This document shows positions 8,133 to 19,056 of a stretch of 64,000 bases of DNA, piece by piece. Both the position numbers and the translations under genes were made by a program. The stretch's first letter is position 1, and every line of letters starts with the position of its first letter. The notes under the pieces were generated by a model, which ran no database searches, was not told where the DNA came from, and was given only the letters and a program-made list of their open reading frames with translations. This DNA is from Cytophagaceae bacterium (lineage in GTDB: Bacteria; Bacteroidota; Bacteroidia; Cytophagales; JAIYAX01), in assembly GCA_027488815.1 (NCBI GenBank), contig JAIYAX010000023.1, forward strand, positions 38,910-102,909. Direction: 5' to 3'.

Positions 8133-11100
8133 ATGGAGATCACTAAGAATAAAACATACTGGAAAGGACTTGAAGAACTTTCAAACGATACAGAATTTGT
8201 AAAGAACGCTTCAAATGAGTTTCCTGAGTATTTACCCATCAATCAGAACAACAATGGGGAGAGCGAAGACTACCTGACTCATCGCCGTGACTTTTTGAAA
8301 ATGGTGGGCTTCGGAGTTGCTGCTGTTTCTCTTGCAGCTTGCGAAACTCCGGTTAAAAAGGCAATCCCATATCTGAACAAGCCTGAGGATATAGATCCAA
8401 GTATTCCAAATTACTATGCAAGTACCTATGCTGAGGCAGGTGACTATGCAAGTATTTTGGTAAAGACTAAAGATGGTCGCCCCATTAAGATAGAAGGTAA
8501 CAAGCTGTCTTCATTAACTGAAGGAACTTTGGGTGCCAAAGTACAGGCCTCTATCCTCAATTTATACGATACCACTAGACTTGCTTCCCCAACCCGGAAA
8601 GGGAAAGAAGCCAGCTGGTCAGAAATCGATGCTGAAATTGTTTCTCGACTAAAAGCGATGTCAGCAGCAGGGGAGGGGATCAGGATGGTAACCAATTCCA
8701 TTCTTAGTCCTTCTGTAAAACAAGCTATTGCGGAGTTCAAAGCGGCTTATCCGGGTTCAGAACAGGTTTGCTACGATGCCATTTCTATTTCAGGCCTGCT
8801 TGATGCTAATAACTCCAATTTCGGAATCAGGGCTGTACCTCATTACGATTTTTCAAAAGCTGAAGCAGTGGTGACCCTTGATGCCGACTTTTTAGGTACT
8901 TGGATCGCCCCAGAAATGTATTCACGGCAGTTCTCCAAAACAAGGAAGCTGGGTAAGGACAAAAAAACCATGTCGAGACTGTTTGCATTTGAAAGCATCC
9001 TTTCCACGACAGGTGCAAGTGCAGACCATCGTACAGCCATTAAGCCATCACAATTGGGAGGTGCTGCCATTGCGCTTTACAATGAAATCGCAAAAGGCAC
9101 CGGTAATGCTACGTTGAGTGGAGGTGCCGATGTGAAGCTGATCAAAGAAGCAGCACAAGATATGCTCGCAGCCAGAGGGAAATCCATCGTGGTGTGCGGG
9201 TCAAATGACCAGAGAATTCAACTCCTGATCAATCAGATCAATCAAATGCTGGGCAACTATGGCACTACGATCGATCTTACCAGAGCTTCCTATTTCAGAC
9301 AAGGCAATGATCAGTCAGTAAAGCAACTGGTAGCTGACTTGAAATCAGGTGCAGTAAAAGGATTGATTTTCTACAATTGCAATCCGGCATATGACTCTGC
9401 ATTTGCTTCTGAATTTTCTTCAGCTGTATCAAAACTAAAGCTTAGTGTATCCATTTCAGATCGGACTGATGAAACAGCGGGACTTTGCGAGTTTGTTTGC
9501 CCCGATCATCATTACTTAGAGTCTTGGTCTGATGCCGAGCCAGTAAAAGGTTTTCTAAGCCTCGGCCAACCCACCATCAGCCCCATTTTCAAAACCAGAC
9601 AGGCACTGGAATCACTATTAAAGTGGTCAGGAAGCACTGCTGATGCTGATGATTACATCAAATCGGTTTGGCAAAAGAATTACTTCACTCAGCAAAGCGC
9701 CTACCTTACATTCACTGAGTTCTGGAATGCCACTCTTCACGATGGAGTGTTTACTTACTCCACACAAGAAAGTCCAGCCTTTACAGCAGTTGATCTTAAT
9801 TCAGCGGCCTCTGGAATCGCAGCTTCTTATAAAAGCTCAAATCAGCTGGAGTACAGGTTGTATGAAAAAATCGCCATAGGTGATGGCCGATACGCCAATA
9901 ATCCTTGGCTTCAGGAGATGCCTGACCCTATCTCCAAAGCTTGCTGGGACAACTATGCTGCCATTTCAAAAAGCACAGCTCTTGGTCTGGGACTGAAGGA
10001 TGGTGACATGGTCAATGTAAGTGTTTCTGGTAAAGAGGCCCTTGAATTGCCAGTACTTGTTCAGCCAGGTCAGCCTACCGGAGTAGTGGCTATCGCCTTG
10101 GGCTATGGACGTACTGCTGCTGGTAAATGCGGAAACCAGATTGGTAAAAATGCCTACCCTTTGCTTCGGGTAGAGGCTGATGGTGTAGTTGTAAATTACG
10201 GTGTAGTTGCAGAACTTAAAGCCAGCGGAAACAACAGAGCCTTAGCCCAAACACAAACCCATCATACCATCATGGGGAGGGCGATCGTTCAGGAGTCTAC
10301 ATTAAAGGAATACAAGCAAGATCCCAAAGCAGGTCGTTTTTACCCTAAAGTAGCTACGTATGAAGGTGCTAAAAAGCCAGTAGAGATTTCGCTTTGGGAC
10401 GAATACCAGAGGAAAAACCATAACTGGGGCATGGTGATCGACCTTAACAGTTGTACCGGTTGTGGTGCATGCACCATTGCCTGTCAGGTCGAAAATAACG
10501 TTCCGGTGGTGGGTCGTCAGGAAGTGATCAACCGCAGGGAAATGCACTGGATCAGGATTGACCGTTATTACAGTTCAGATGCCAACGAAAATGATCTGAA
10601 AGGTCTGGAAGAAGCGTCAGAAAATCCTGAAGTGGTTTTCCAACCCTTGATGTGTCAGCATTGTAACCATGCTCCTTGTGAGACCGTTTGCCCTGTACTT
10701 GCCACTACACACAGTTCTGAAGGTCTCAACCAGATGACGTATAACCGTTGTATCGGAACTCGCTACTGCGCTAACAACTGTCCTTATAAAGTTAGAAGGT
10801 TTAACTGGTTCAAGTACCATAATAACGTTCAGTTTGCCGATGTAAACACAGCGATGAACAACGATTTGGGTAAGATGGTCCTCAATCCGGATGTTACAGT
10901 GCGTTCAAGAGGGGTGATGGAAAAGTGTACTTTCTGCGTACAGCGTATTCAGGAAGGAAAGTTGACCGCTAAAAAGGAAAAACGCAGACCTGTTGACGGT
11001 GAGATTAACACAGCTTGTGCTTCTTCCTGTCCATCAGAAGCCATCGTGTTCGGAGACCTCAACGATCCTAAGTCCAAAGTCGCCCAGCTACTTTCAATGG

Positions 11101-11219
11101 AGTACTATGAAGATGGCAGCAAAGCAGCTAAAGAAGACAGGGCATACCATGTTTTGGAGGAAATCAATGTTCAGCCAAACGTTTATTATTTGACCAAGAT
11201 CAGAAACAAGAAAGCCTAA
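8133..11219 (+). CDS. actB: Alternative complex III subunit ActB (molybdopterin-oxidoreductase-like + Fe-S)
   Basis: Tat-like RRDFLK, lipobox LAAC, CTGCGACTIAC, CQHCNHAPC, CIGTRYCANNC, EKCTFC. Confidence 0.94.
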   Translation: MEITKNKTYWKGLEELSNDTEFVKNASNEFPEYLPINQNNNGESEDYLTHRRDFLKMVGFGVAAVSLAACETPVKKAIPYLNKPEDIDPSIPNYYASTYAEAGDYASILVKTKDGRPIKIEGNKLSSLTEGTLGAKVQASILNLYDTTRLASPTRKGKEASWSEIDAEIVSRLKAMSAAGEGIRMVTNSILSPSVKQAIAEFKAAYPGSEQVCYDAISISGLLDANNSNFGIRAVPHYDFSKAEAVVTLDADFLGTWIAPEMYSRQFSKTRKLGKDKKTMSRLFAFESILSTTGASADHRTAIKPSQLGGAAIALYNEIAKGTGNATLSGGADVKLIKEAAQDMLAARGKSIVVCGSNDQRIQLLINQINQMLGNYGTTIDLTRASYFRQGNDQSVKQLVADLKSGAVKGLIFYNCNPAYDSAFASEFSSAVSKLKLSVSISDRTDETAGLCEFVCPDHHYLESWSDAEPVKGFLSLGQPTISPIFKTRQALESLLKWSGSTADADDYIKSVWQKNYFTQQSAYLTFTEFWNATLHDGVFTYSTQESPAFTAVDLNSAASGIAASYKSSNQLEYRLYEKIAIGDGRYANNPWLQEMPDPISKACWDNYAAISKSTALGLGLKDGDMVNVSVSGKEALELPVLVQPGQPTGVVAIALGYGRTAAGKCGNQIGKNAYPLLRVEADGVVVNYGVVAELKASGNNRALAQTQTHHTIMGRAIVQESTLKEYKQDPKAGRFYPKVATYEGAKKPVEISLWDEYQRKNHNWGMVIDLNSCTGCGACTIACQVENNVPVVGRQEVINRREMHWIRIDRYYSSDANENDLKGLEEASENPEVVFQPLMCQHCNHAPCETVCPVLATTHSSEGLNQMTYNRCIGTRYCANNCPYKVRRFNWFKYHNNVQFADVNTAMNNDLGKMVLNPDVTVRSRGVMEKCTFCVQRIQEGKLTAKKEKRRPVDGEINTACASSCPSEAIVFGDLNDPKSKVAQLLSMEYYEDGSKAAKEDRAYHVLEEINVQPNVYYLTKIRNKKA

Positions 11220-11231
11220 TCCGGTAAAAAC

Positions 11232-12608
11232 ATGCAAGTAACATCATCTGTACGTCCACCATTGGTAACCGGCGGGAAAACTGCCCACGATGTCACCAAT
11301 GATATCTGTAAGCAGATTGAAGGCAAGCCCACAAAACTTTGGTTTTTTGCGCTCACTATTTCTCTCCTCCTATTGAGTTTTGGTGTTTACACGCTAGCCA
11401 TCACTTGGTGGGAAGGGATTGGGGTCTGGGGTTTGAATAAAACCGTCGGATGGGCCTGGGATATCACCAACTTCGTATGGTGGGTGGGTATCGGACATGC
11501 CGGTACACTGATCTCTGCGATCCTTTTACTATTCCGTCAGAAGTGGAGAACCTCCATTAACCGGGCAGCAGAAGCGATGACCATTTTTGCCGTACTCTGC
11601 GCCGGGTCTTTCATTTTAATGCACATGGGAAGAACATGGCTGGCACATTGGGCTCTTCCACTTCCCAATACGTACGGCTCACTTTGGGTAAACTTCAATT
11701 CTCCCTTGGTTTGGGATGTTTTTGCGATCTCAACTTATTTATCTGTTTCATTGGTGTTTTGGTATATCGGTTTAATCCCGGATCTGGCAACCATACGTGA
11801 GCGTGCTACTAAGCCAATTCCAAGAGCGATCTATGGAGCCTTGAGTTTCGGTTGGGTTGGATCAGCAAAGCATTGGTCTCGTTATGAAACCGTTAGCTTA
11901 ATTCTGGCAGGATTATCAACCCCTCTGGTATTGTCGGTTCACACTATTGTATCGTTTGACTTTGCCACCTCTGTTATCCCCGGCTGGCACACCACCATCT
12001 TCCCCCCTTATTTCGTTGCAGGAGCGATCTTTAGTGGTTTTGCAATGGTGCTGACCCTTATGCTGGTAACTAGGGCTACCTTCAATCTACAAGACTATAT
12101 TACTCTGGAGCACATTGACTCAATGAATAAAGTCATCATGCTTACCGGATCAATTGTAGGTATCGCATACATTACCGAGTTCTTCATTGCCTGGTATTCA
12201 GGTGTAGAGTATGAACAATATGCCTTTATCAACAGAGCTTTTGGACCTTATTCCTGGGCATATTGGACCATGATGACCTGCAATGTGATTTCACCACAGC
12301 TTTTCTGGTTTAGCAAAATCAGAAGGAATATTGCTGCAACATTCATCATATCCATCATTGTAAATATCGGGATGTGGTTCGAGCGCTTTGTCATTATCGT
12401 GACATCTCTGCACAGAGACTACATTCCATCCAGCTGGGCGATGTTTTATCCAACACTGTATGATGTAGGTGATTATATCTTCTCATTTGGATTTTTCTTC
12501 ACCTGTTTCTTCCTATTTGCGAAGTTTTTACCGGTGATCAACATGGCTGAAGTAAAAGCTATCATAAAGTCCTCATCTGAAAACGTAGCTCAAAAAGTAA
12601 AACACTAA
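11232..12608 (+). CDS. actC: Alternative complex III subunit ActC (NrfD/PsrC family)
   Basis: [38 protein letters not shown]. Confidence 0.94.
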   Translation: MQVTSSVRPPLVTGGKTAHDVTNDICKQIEGKPTKLWFFALTISLLLLSFGVYTLAITWWEGIGVWGLNKTVGWAWDITNFVWWVGIGHAGTLISAILLLFRQKWRTSINRAAEAMTIFAVLCAGSFILMHMGRTWLAHWALPLPNTYGSLWVNFNSPLVWDVFAISTYLSVSLVFWYIGLIPDLATIRERATKPIPRAIYGALSFGWVGSAKHWSRYETVSLILAGLSTPLVLSVHTIVSFDFATSVIPGWHTTIFPPYFVAGAIFSGFAMVLTLMLVTRATFNLQDYITLEHIDSMNKVIMLTGSIVGIAYITEFFIAWYSGVEYEQYAFINRAFGPYSWAYWTMMTCNVISPQLFWFSKIRRNIAATFIISIIVNIGMWFERFVIIVTSLHRDYIPSSWAMFYPTLYDVGDYIFSFGFFFTCFFLFAKFLPVINMAEVKAIIKSSSENVAQKVKH

Positions 12609-12610
12609 TC

Positions 12611-13141
12611 ATGGCTAAAATACAAGGAGACTTTCTCGTAGGGGTGTTTGATGACGATGATGTGATCATGCACGCCATCCCTGAAATCAGGGAAAAAGGG
12701 ATAAAAATATTTGAAGTTTATTCTCCATATCCTATCCATGGGGTTGATGATGTATTGGGGATCAAGCGCTCAAGGCTTACGAAAGCTGCCTTTATGTTTG
12801 GTCTTACAGGTACCATTCTGGCATTGACGATGCAGTTTTGGATGCTGGGGTTTGATTGGCCTATGAATATCGGTGGAAAGGCCCATACTCCATTCCCAAC
12901 TTTTGTTCCTGTTACTTTTGAATTGACAGTATTGCTCGCTTCCTTCGGAATGGTAGGCACCTTCCTGGTGGTAAGCGACCTGAAGCCTTATGGCAAACCG
13001 GTTGTTTTTGATCCAAGAAGTACAGATGATAAGTTTATCCTCGTCGTAGAACTTCAAAAAAATAAAATGAGTGCTGATGAGATTTCAGCCGTTTTGAAGC
13101 AACAAGGGGCAATTGAAGTAAACCTGAAAACCATTGCTTAG
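12611..13141 (+). CDS. actD: Alternative complex III subunit ActD (DUF3341)
   Basis: YSPYPIHG, DWPMNIGGK, FELTVL; operon position. Confidence 0.9.
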   Translation: MAKIQGDFLVGVFDDDDVIMHAIPEIREKGIKIFEVYSPYPIHGVDDVLGIKRSRLTKAAFMFGLTGTILALTMQFWMLGFDWPMNIGGKAHTPFPTFVPVTFELTVLLASFGMVGTFLVVSDLKPYGKPVVFDPRSTDDKFILVVELQKNKMSADEISAVLKQQGAIEVNLKTIA

Positions 13142-13143
13142 GT

Positions 13144-13794
13144 ATGATGAAGGCTAAGAATCAAATCGCATTATTTTTTGTAATACTTCTTGCAGGTTGT
13201 AAAGCCGGAGGAGACAATCCGGGTACAGAGTACGCTCCTAATATGTACCATGCTGTATCTTATGAAACTCAGTCTACGATTGTAAACCCAGAAATAGGCA
13301 CGACAGTAAGTACCAGAGTAGATGGTAAAGGTGAGTATTACAGTGTTAACGCTTATAATCCCGCAGGTTCGGCAAGACTACCGGTGAAAGGCACCATCAA
13401 AAGGCGTTATTATCCAGCTAACGTCAAAATGGCTGACTCAGTAAAAAGAGATCTGATGATCTATAATATACATAGAGATAGCATTGATTTGGCAGCTAGA
13501 GTTTTGGCTAATCCTTTAGCACTTAACGACCAGATCCTAGAAGATGGTAAAGTGCTCTACATCTCTTACTGTTCAGCATGCCATGGTGAAAATGGTCAAG
13601 GTGATGGCAAAGTAGGTGCTAAATACAAGGGCGTTCCAGCTTACAACAAAGGAAGAGTTGCTCAGGTTACCGGAGGTCATATCTTCCACACCATTACTCA
13701 CGGAAAAGGTCGCATGTGGCCACATGGCTCACAGATTAACCCAATTGACCGTTGGAAAATTGTACATTACGTTCAAACCCTCCAAAAGCAATAA
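13144..13794 (+). CDS. actE: Alternative complex III subunit ActE (monoheme lipoprotein)
   Basis: Lipobox LLAGC, YAPNMY, CSACH, GRM. Confidence 0.9.
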   Translation: MMKAKNQIALFFVILLAGCKAGGDNPGTEYAPNMYHAVSYETQSTIVNPEIGTTVSTRVDGKGEYYSVNAYNPAGSARLPVKGTIKRRYYPANVKMADSVKRDLMIYNIHRDSIDLAARVLANPLALNDQILEDGKVLYISYCSACHGENGQGDGKVGAKYKGVPAYNKGRVAQVTGGHIFHTITHGKGRMWPHGSQINPIDRWKIVHYVQTLQKQ

Positions 13795-13800
13795 TTATAC

Positions 13801-15141
13801 ATGGCACATCACGTATCTATCAGTACAGACGAGCAATACGTTTTCACTGCAGGACTTAAGCGAAAACTATTTATCGCTTTTGGGGTAGGATTACTTTTTC
13901 TCATCGTTGGGATCTATTTCTTATCCACAGCAGATCATTCAGGCACTCATGACGCACATGCTGTAGTAGCCAGTGCAGAGCATGGAGCAGTTCATGCCGG
14001 GGGAGACCACGGACATCATTACAACTGGATGACACGCATCTGGGCAAACATCTGGTTAAACAATGTTTATTTCACAGGGATCGCCGTTATTGGTGTTTTC
14101 TTTTTTGCAGTACAGTATGTGGCCAATGCAGGCTGGTCAGTGATCATCACAAGGGTCATGGCTACTTTTGGCAATTACCTGCCGATAGGATTATTGGTTG
14201 CTCTAATCGTTTTTTTTCTGGGTGGACACGATTTGTTCCACTGGACTCACGAGTCACTGTATATCGAGAAATTGCCTGACGGCTCAAAGAACCCTGAATA
14301 TGATGCTATCATTGCAGGAAAGCAAGGTTTTCTAAATACCCCATTCTTTGTGGGTAGAATGGTGGTCTATTTTGTTGTTTGGTATCTGTTGTTTAGAGTG
14401 CTTCGCTCCTTGACAGTTAAAGAAGATGCTGAAGGAGGTACCGCTCATTACTACAAGATGATCCGTTTTTCAGCTATTTTCCTTGTGTTCTTTGCAGTTA
14501 CTTCATCAACTTCTGCTTGGGATTGGATTTTATCCATTGATACCCATTGGTTCAGTACCATGTTTGGTTGGTATGTCTTCGCTTCCTGGTTTGTTACCGG
14601 GTTGTCGGCAATCACACTCACCATCGTTTTGTTAAAAGAAAATGGATACCTCAAGGCAGTCAATGAGAGCCATTTGCATGACCTGGGAAAGTTCCTTTTC
14701 GGTTTCTCAATCTTTTGGACTTATGTTTGGTTTTCACAGTTTCTGTTGATCTACTATGCCAACATACCTGAAGAATCGATCTATTTTGTCGATCGTCTGG
14801 ATGGACACGGAGGGTACTACAATCCTATTTTCTTTGTGAACATCATTCTGAATTTCTTTTTCCCATTCCTTGCTTTGATGACCAGAGATGCAAAGAGGAA
14901 ATTGACCTTTCTAAAAATTGTTACTGTAGTTCTTCTGTTTGGTCATTTTCTTGACTTTTACTTAATGATCATGCCAGGAACCGTAAAAGGAAATGCGGGA
15001 TTTGGATTGGTAGAGATCGGAACTTTTCTGGTTTTTGGTTCGTTGTTCGTGTATCTGGCTGCTCTGACGCTTAGCAAGGCAGCGTTGATTCCTAAGAATC
15101 ACCCTATGTTAGAAGAAAGTAAGCACCACGTTGTCTATTAA
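13801..15141 (+). CDS. actF: Alternative complex III subunit ActF
   Basis: Polytopic membrane protein; WFSTMFG, HLHDLGK, YYANIPEE. Confidence 0.9.
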   Translation: MAHHVSISTDEQYVFTAGLKRKLFIAFGVGLLFLIVGIYFLSTADHSGTHDAHAVVASAEHGAVHAGGDHGHHYNWMTRIWANIWLNNVYFTGIAVIGVFFFAVQYVANAGWSVIITRVMATFGNYLPIGLLVALIVFFLGGHDLFHWTHESLYIEKLPDGSKNPEYDAIIAGKQGFLNTPFFVGRMVVYFVVWYLLFRVLRSLTVKEDAEGGTAHYYKMIRFSAIFLVFFAVTSSTSAWDWILSIDTHWFSTMFGWYVFASWFVTGLSAITLTIVLLKENGYLKAVNESHLHDLGKFLFGFSIFWTYVWFSQFLLIYYANIPEESIYFVDRLDGHGGYYNPIFFVNIILNFFFPFLALMTRDAKRKLTFLKIVTVVLLFGHFLDFYLMIMPGTVKGNAGFGLVEIGTFLVFGSLFVYLAALTLSKAALIPKNHPMLEESKHHVVY

Positions 15142-15157
15142 AATCAGCTAAAGAAAC

Positions 15158-16204
15158 ATGACTAATTTTCTGATTGTATCCGCATTAATTCTCCTTCTGG
15201 CGATCCTGTTTCTGGTATTCAGAATACAGACGCTGGTATCTGTATTGAAGGGCAGTTACCATCAAAGGGCAGGGTATTCCAATAAGGTAAATGCTTTCCT
15301 TTTCATGGCGTTTTTGGTATTTGGACTAATCGCACTTTACTGGTCATACACTTCTTCGACCAAAGATTTCCTGCCTGAGAGCGCCTCTGAGCATGGGGTA
15401 ATAACAGACAAACTCTTTTGGATTACGATGGGGATCATCACCATAGCCTTCGTAGTTACACACGTTCTATTGTTCTACTTTGCTTATCGTTACCAGTACA
15501 GCGACAAGCGTAAAGCTGAATTCTTCCCGGACAATACCAAATTAGAGATCATCTGGACGATTATTCCTGCCGTAGTTATGGCCGGCCTGGTTTTTTCCGG
15601 TTTAAAAATTTGGACGGATATCACAGCTCCTGCTCCGGAAAATGCGACTCTCGTTGAAATTAAAGGAAAACAATTTGGATGGCAGGTAAGATATGCCGGT
15701 TCAGATGGCAAAATTGGCGGTTACGACTACCGTTTGATCGATGCCACCAACACTTTTGGGATGGATTTTTCAGACAAATCAAATTTCGATGATTTTGTTC
15801 CAAGAGAAATCAGGTTGCCCAAAGGAAAACCAGTACAATTCAATATCAGAGCGGTTGACGTACTCCATAGTGTGTTTCTTCCCCATTTCAGGCAGAAGAT
15901 GGATGCTGTACCGGGAATGATGACAACATTTCATTTTGTACCCAAATACACAACAGAAGAAATGCGTGCAATTACTGGTAATCCTAAGTTTAATTATGAA
16001 CTCGCTTGTACCGAAATCTGTGGGAGGGGTCATTTTGCCATGCGTATGATTGTGGTGGTAGAAGAGGAAGATGCTTACAACAAATGGTATAAGGAGCAAA
16101 AAAGTTGGCTTTCCTCGAACCCAGACTACATCGCTAGTGTTCCCCATTCAATGAAGAACCTTGCTTTGGAAAAAGCAGGTTTGGAAACAGAGACATCAAA
16201 CTAA
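15158..16204 (+). CDS. coxB: Cytochrome c oxidase subunit II (CuA, no fused cytochrome c)
   Basis: LEIIWTIIP, DVLHS, CTEICGRGHFAM. Confidence 0.95.
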   Translation: MTNFLIVSALILLLAILFLVFRIQTLVSVLKGSYHQRAGYSNKVNAFLFMAFLVFGLIALYWSYTSSTKDFLPESASEHGVITDKLFWITMGIITIAFVVTHVLLFYFAYRYQYSDKRKAEFFPDNTKLEIIWTIIPAVVMAGLVFSGLKIWTDITAPAPENATLVEIKGKQFGWQVRYAGSDGKIGGYDYRLIDATNTFGMDFSDKSNFDDFVPREIRLPKGKPVQFNIRAVDVLHSVFLPHFRQKMDAVPGMMTTFHFVPKYTTEEMRAITGNPKFNYELACTEICGRGHFAMRMIVVVEEEDAYNKWYKEQKSWLSSNPDYIASVPHSMKNLALEKAGLETETSN

Positions 16205-16222
16205 TTTTAAAAAAGTAATCAA

Positions 16223-18079
16223 ATGGCAAGCTCAGCAGTATCTACTTCAACGGCTCACGCTCACGATACACATCATGATGAGCATGAACACCATGAGTTA
16301 AGTTTCATCAGGAAGTATGTTTTCAGTGAAGACCATAAAACCATTGGTAAGCAATTCCTGTTTACCGGGATATTTTGGGCAATCATCGGAGGTCTGCTTT
16401 CTGTATTGTTCAGAATTCAGCTAGGCTTTCCCGGTGCTGATCTTACCTTCTTAAAGCCACTTTTGGGTGGCTGGATTACTGCAGAGGGTACACTTGACCC
16501 CGAGTTTTATTTGGCAATGGTGACCATGCACGGTACCATCATGGTATTCTTTGTTTTAACAGCCGGCTTGAGCGGTACTTTCAGCAATTTCCTGATCCCT
16601 CTACAAGTAGGGGCGAGAGATATGGCAAGTGGCTTCATGAATATGCTTTCCTACTGGTTTTTCTTTGTATCCAGTGTGATCATGTTTATTTCACTCTTTA
16701 TCAAGACAGGCCCTGCGGCTGGTGGATGGGTTATTTACCCACCGCTTAGTGCTCTGCCTCAGGCAATTTCAGGTAGTGGTTTGGGTATGACCCTCTGGCT
16801 TGTTTCGATGGCGCTTTTCATTGTGAGTTCATTGCTTGGAGGTATCAACTACATCACCACTGTAATTAACCTCAGAACACAAGGAATGACCTTCTCCAGA
16901 CTGCCGTTGACCATTTGGGCCTTTTTCCTAACTGCGGTGATTGGTCTGCTTTCATTCCCTGTACTCTTTTCAGCAGCACTGCTATTGATTTTTGACCGTT
17001 CTTTTGGTACAAGTTTCTACTTATCTGAAATCTATATTGGTGGAGAAGCTTTGCCAAACATGGGAGGGTCTCCTATTTTATTCCAGCACTTGTTCTGGTT
17101 CCTGGGCCACCCTGAGGTGTACATTGTACTCCTTCCAGCCTTGGGTATCACCTCTGAAATCATTGCTACCAACTCACGTAAGCCTATTTTTGGTTACAAA
17201 GCCATGGTGCTTTCAATGGTTGCCATTGGATTTTTATCTTTTATCGTTTGGGCTCACCACATGTTCGTGACCGGTATGAACCCTTTCCTTGGCTCAGTAT
17301 TCATGCTCCTTACCTTGATTATTGCAGTTCCTTCAGCAGTAAAGGCTTTCAACTACATCACCACTCTTTGGAAAGGTAACATCGTATTTACTCCTGCAAT
17401 GCTTTTCTCCATTGCACTTGTATCCTTCTTTATCTCTGGAGGTTTAACCGGTATTATTCTTGGAAACTCAGCTCTAGACATACAGTTGCATGATACCTAT
17501 TTTGTAGTGGCTCACTTCCACCTGGTAATGGGTTCTGCATCGTTCTTTGGTCTAATGGCTGGTGTTTACCATTGGTTCCCTAAAATGTTTGGAAGAATGA
17601 TGGATGAGAAGCTAGGATATATTCACTTCTGGTTAACCTTTGTAGGAGTTTATCTGGTGTTCTTCCCGCTACATTATATTGGTATTGCTGGTTTTCCACG
17701 CAGGTATTACTCCTTTACCAGCTATGATGCTTTCAGTTCCTTTACTGATTTGAACATGTTTGTAAGTATATCTGCGATCATCACCTTTTCAGCTCAGTTC
17801 ATCTTCCTGTTCAATTTTATCTACAGCATCTTCAGAGGAAGGTTGGCCCCTGCAAACCCATGGAGATCAAACACTTTGGAATGGACAACACCAAGAATTC
17901 CTGAGCACGGAAACTGGCCTGGTAAAATACCGACCGTTTATCGTTGGCCTTATGATTATTCCAAGCCTGGTGCTCCGGAGGATTTCATTCCTCAAAATGT
18001 TCCCTTGAGTGCTACTCCTGAGTCCAATCTGGAGAACGAAATGGAAGAGGCTCAAAAAGAACAAGTAGCTGCCCATTAA
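16223..18079 (+). CDS. coxA: Cytochrome c oxidase subunit I, type A1
   Basis: DHKTIG, MHGTIM, WFLGHPEVY, WAHHM, LHDTYFVVAHFH, PRRY. Confidence 0.97.
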   Translation: MASSAVSTSTAHAHDTHHDEHEHHELSFIRKYVFSEDHKTIGKQFLFTGIFWAIIGGLLSVLFRIQLGFPGADLTFLKPLLGGWITAEGTLDPEFYLAMVTMHGTIMVFFVLTAGLSGTFSNFLIPLQVGARDMASGFMNMLSYWFFFVSSVIMFISLFIKTGPAAGGWVIYPPLSALPQAISGSGLGMTLWLVSMALFIVSSLLGGINYITTVINLRTQGMTFSRLPLTIWAFFLTAVIGLLSFPVLFSAALLLIFDRSFGTSFYLSEIYIGGEALPNMGGSPILFQHLFWFLGHPEVYIVLLPALGITSEIIATNSRKPIFGYKAMVLSMVAIGFLSFIVWAHHMFVTGMNPFLGSVFMLLTLIIAVPSAVKAFNYITTLWKGNIVFTPAMLFSIALVSFFISGGLTGIILGNSALDIQLHDTYFVVAHFHLVMGSASFFGLMAGVYHWFPKMFGRMMDEKLGYIHFWLTFVGVYLVFFPLHYIGIAGFPRRYYSFTSYDAFSSFTDLNMFVSISAIITFSAQFIFLFNFIYSIFRGRLAPANPWRSNTLEWTTPRIPEHGNWPGKIPTVYRWPYDYSKPGAPEDFIPQNVPLSATPESNLENEMEEAQKEQVAAH

Positions 18080-18085
18080 TTTCCA

Positions 18086-19054
18086 ATGCCTATTGACAGG
18101 AAGGAAAGAGCCTTCATTCAATTCGGGCAGCTTACTGTAATTCTTATCTATCTGGTAATTCTCGCCGGAGGGATCGTTAGGGCAACTGGCAGTGGAATGG
18201 GTTGCCCTGACTGGCCTAAATGTTTTGATCGATGGGTTCCCCCAACAAAAGTGGAAGAACTACCGGCTAATTATCAGATCATTTATGCTGAAAGAGGTTA
18301 TGCAAGTACAGAGTTTAATGCTGTAAAAACCTGGATAGAATATGTTAACCGCTTATTGGGTGTACTTGTCGGATTTTCCATCTTCCTATTCCTGTCTTTT
18401 TCATTCTACTTTTATAAACGTAGCAAACTGACGGTGTTTTTAGCCTTTGTATCGTTTTTGCTGGTAAGCTTTCAGGGTTGGCTAGGGTCAATGGTGGTCT
18501 CTTCGTTGCTTTCCGAATGGATGATCACGTTACATATGCTGGTCGCACTAGTGATTGTTCTTTTGGTTTTGTTTACTGTAGCTTATACCAGACTTAAATT
18601 GAATCTTCAGCCTTCTCGTGGTTTTACACAGGTAAAACCTGAGCTTATGGTTTTTGGATATATTCTGCTTTTGGTGCTTTTGCTACAGGTGTTGATGGGA
18701 ACACAAGTGCGTGAAGAAGTGGATGGACTTGCAAAAGCAGGAGTACTCAGAACAGCCTGGATTGATGAGTTAGGAGCTTTCTTTCAAGTGCATCGGGTGA
18801 TGGGAATGGCCATTTTAGTAATGGTTGTTTTCTGGCTTCGTGCTGTGGATTTAAACCAGAAATCGGGATGGCTGTCCGTATCGGGATTGATCTACATTAG
18901 CTTGTCTATTGAGCTGTTGGCAGGTTTGTTTCTTGCTTACATGGATTTTCCAGCTTTTATGCAACCGATGCATTTGCTTATGGGTACTGTCCTGATTGGT
19001 TTGGCAGGCTTCAAAATGGCCACATTACAACTGAATACTATAATTAATCGATAA
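18086..19054 (+). CDS. ctaA: Heme A synthase (COX15/CtaA)
   Basis: GGIVRATGSGMGCPDWPKC, EYVNR, TLHM, HR, PMHL. Confidence 0.9.
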   Translation: MPIDRKERAFIQFGQLTVILIYLVILAGGIVRATGSGMGCPDWPKCFDRWVPPTKVEELPANYQIIYAERGYASTEFNAVKTWIEYVNRLLGVLVGFSIFLFLSFSFYFYKRSKLTVFLAFVSFLLVSFQGWLGSMVVSSLLSEWMITLHMLVALVIVLLVLFTVAYTRLKLNLQPSRGFTQVKPELMVFGYILLLVLLLQVLMGTQVREEVDGLAKAGVLRTAWIDELGAFFQVHRVMGMAILVMVVFWLRAVDLNQKSGWLSVSGLIYISLSIELLAGLFLAYMDFPAFMQPMHLLMGTVLIGLAGFKMATLQLNTIINR

Positions 19055-19056
19055 AA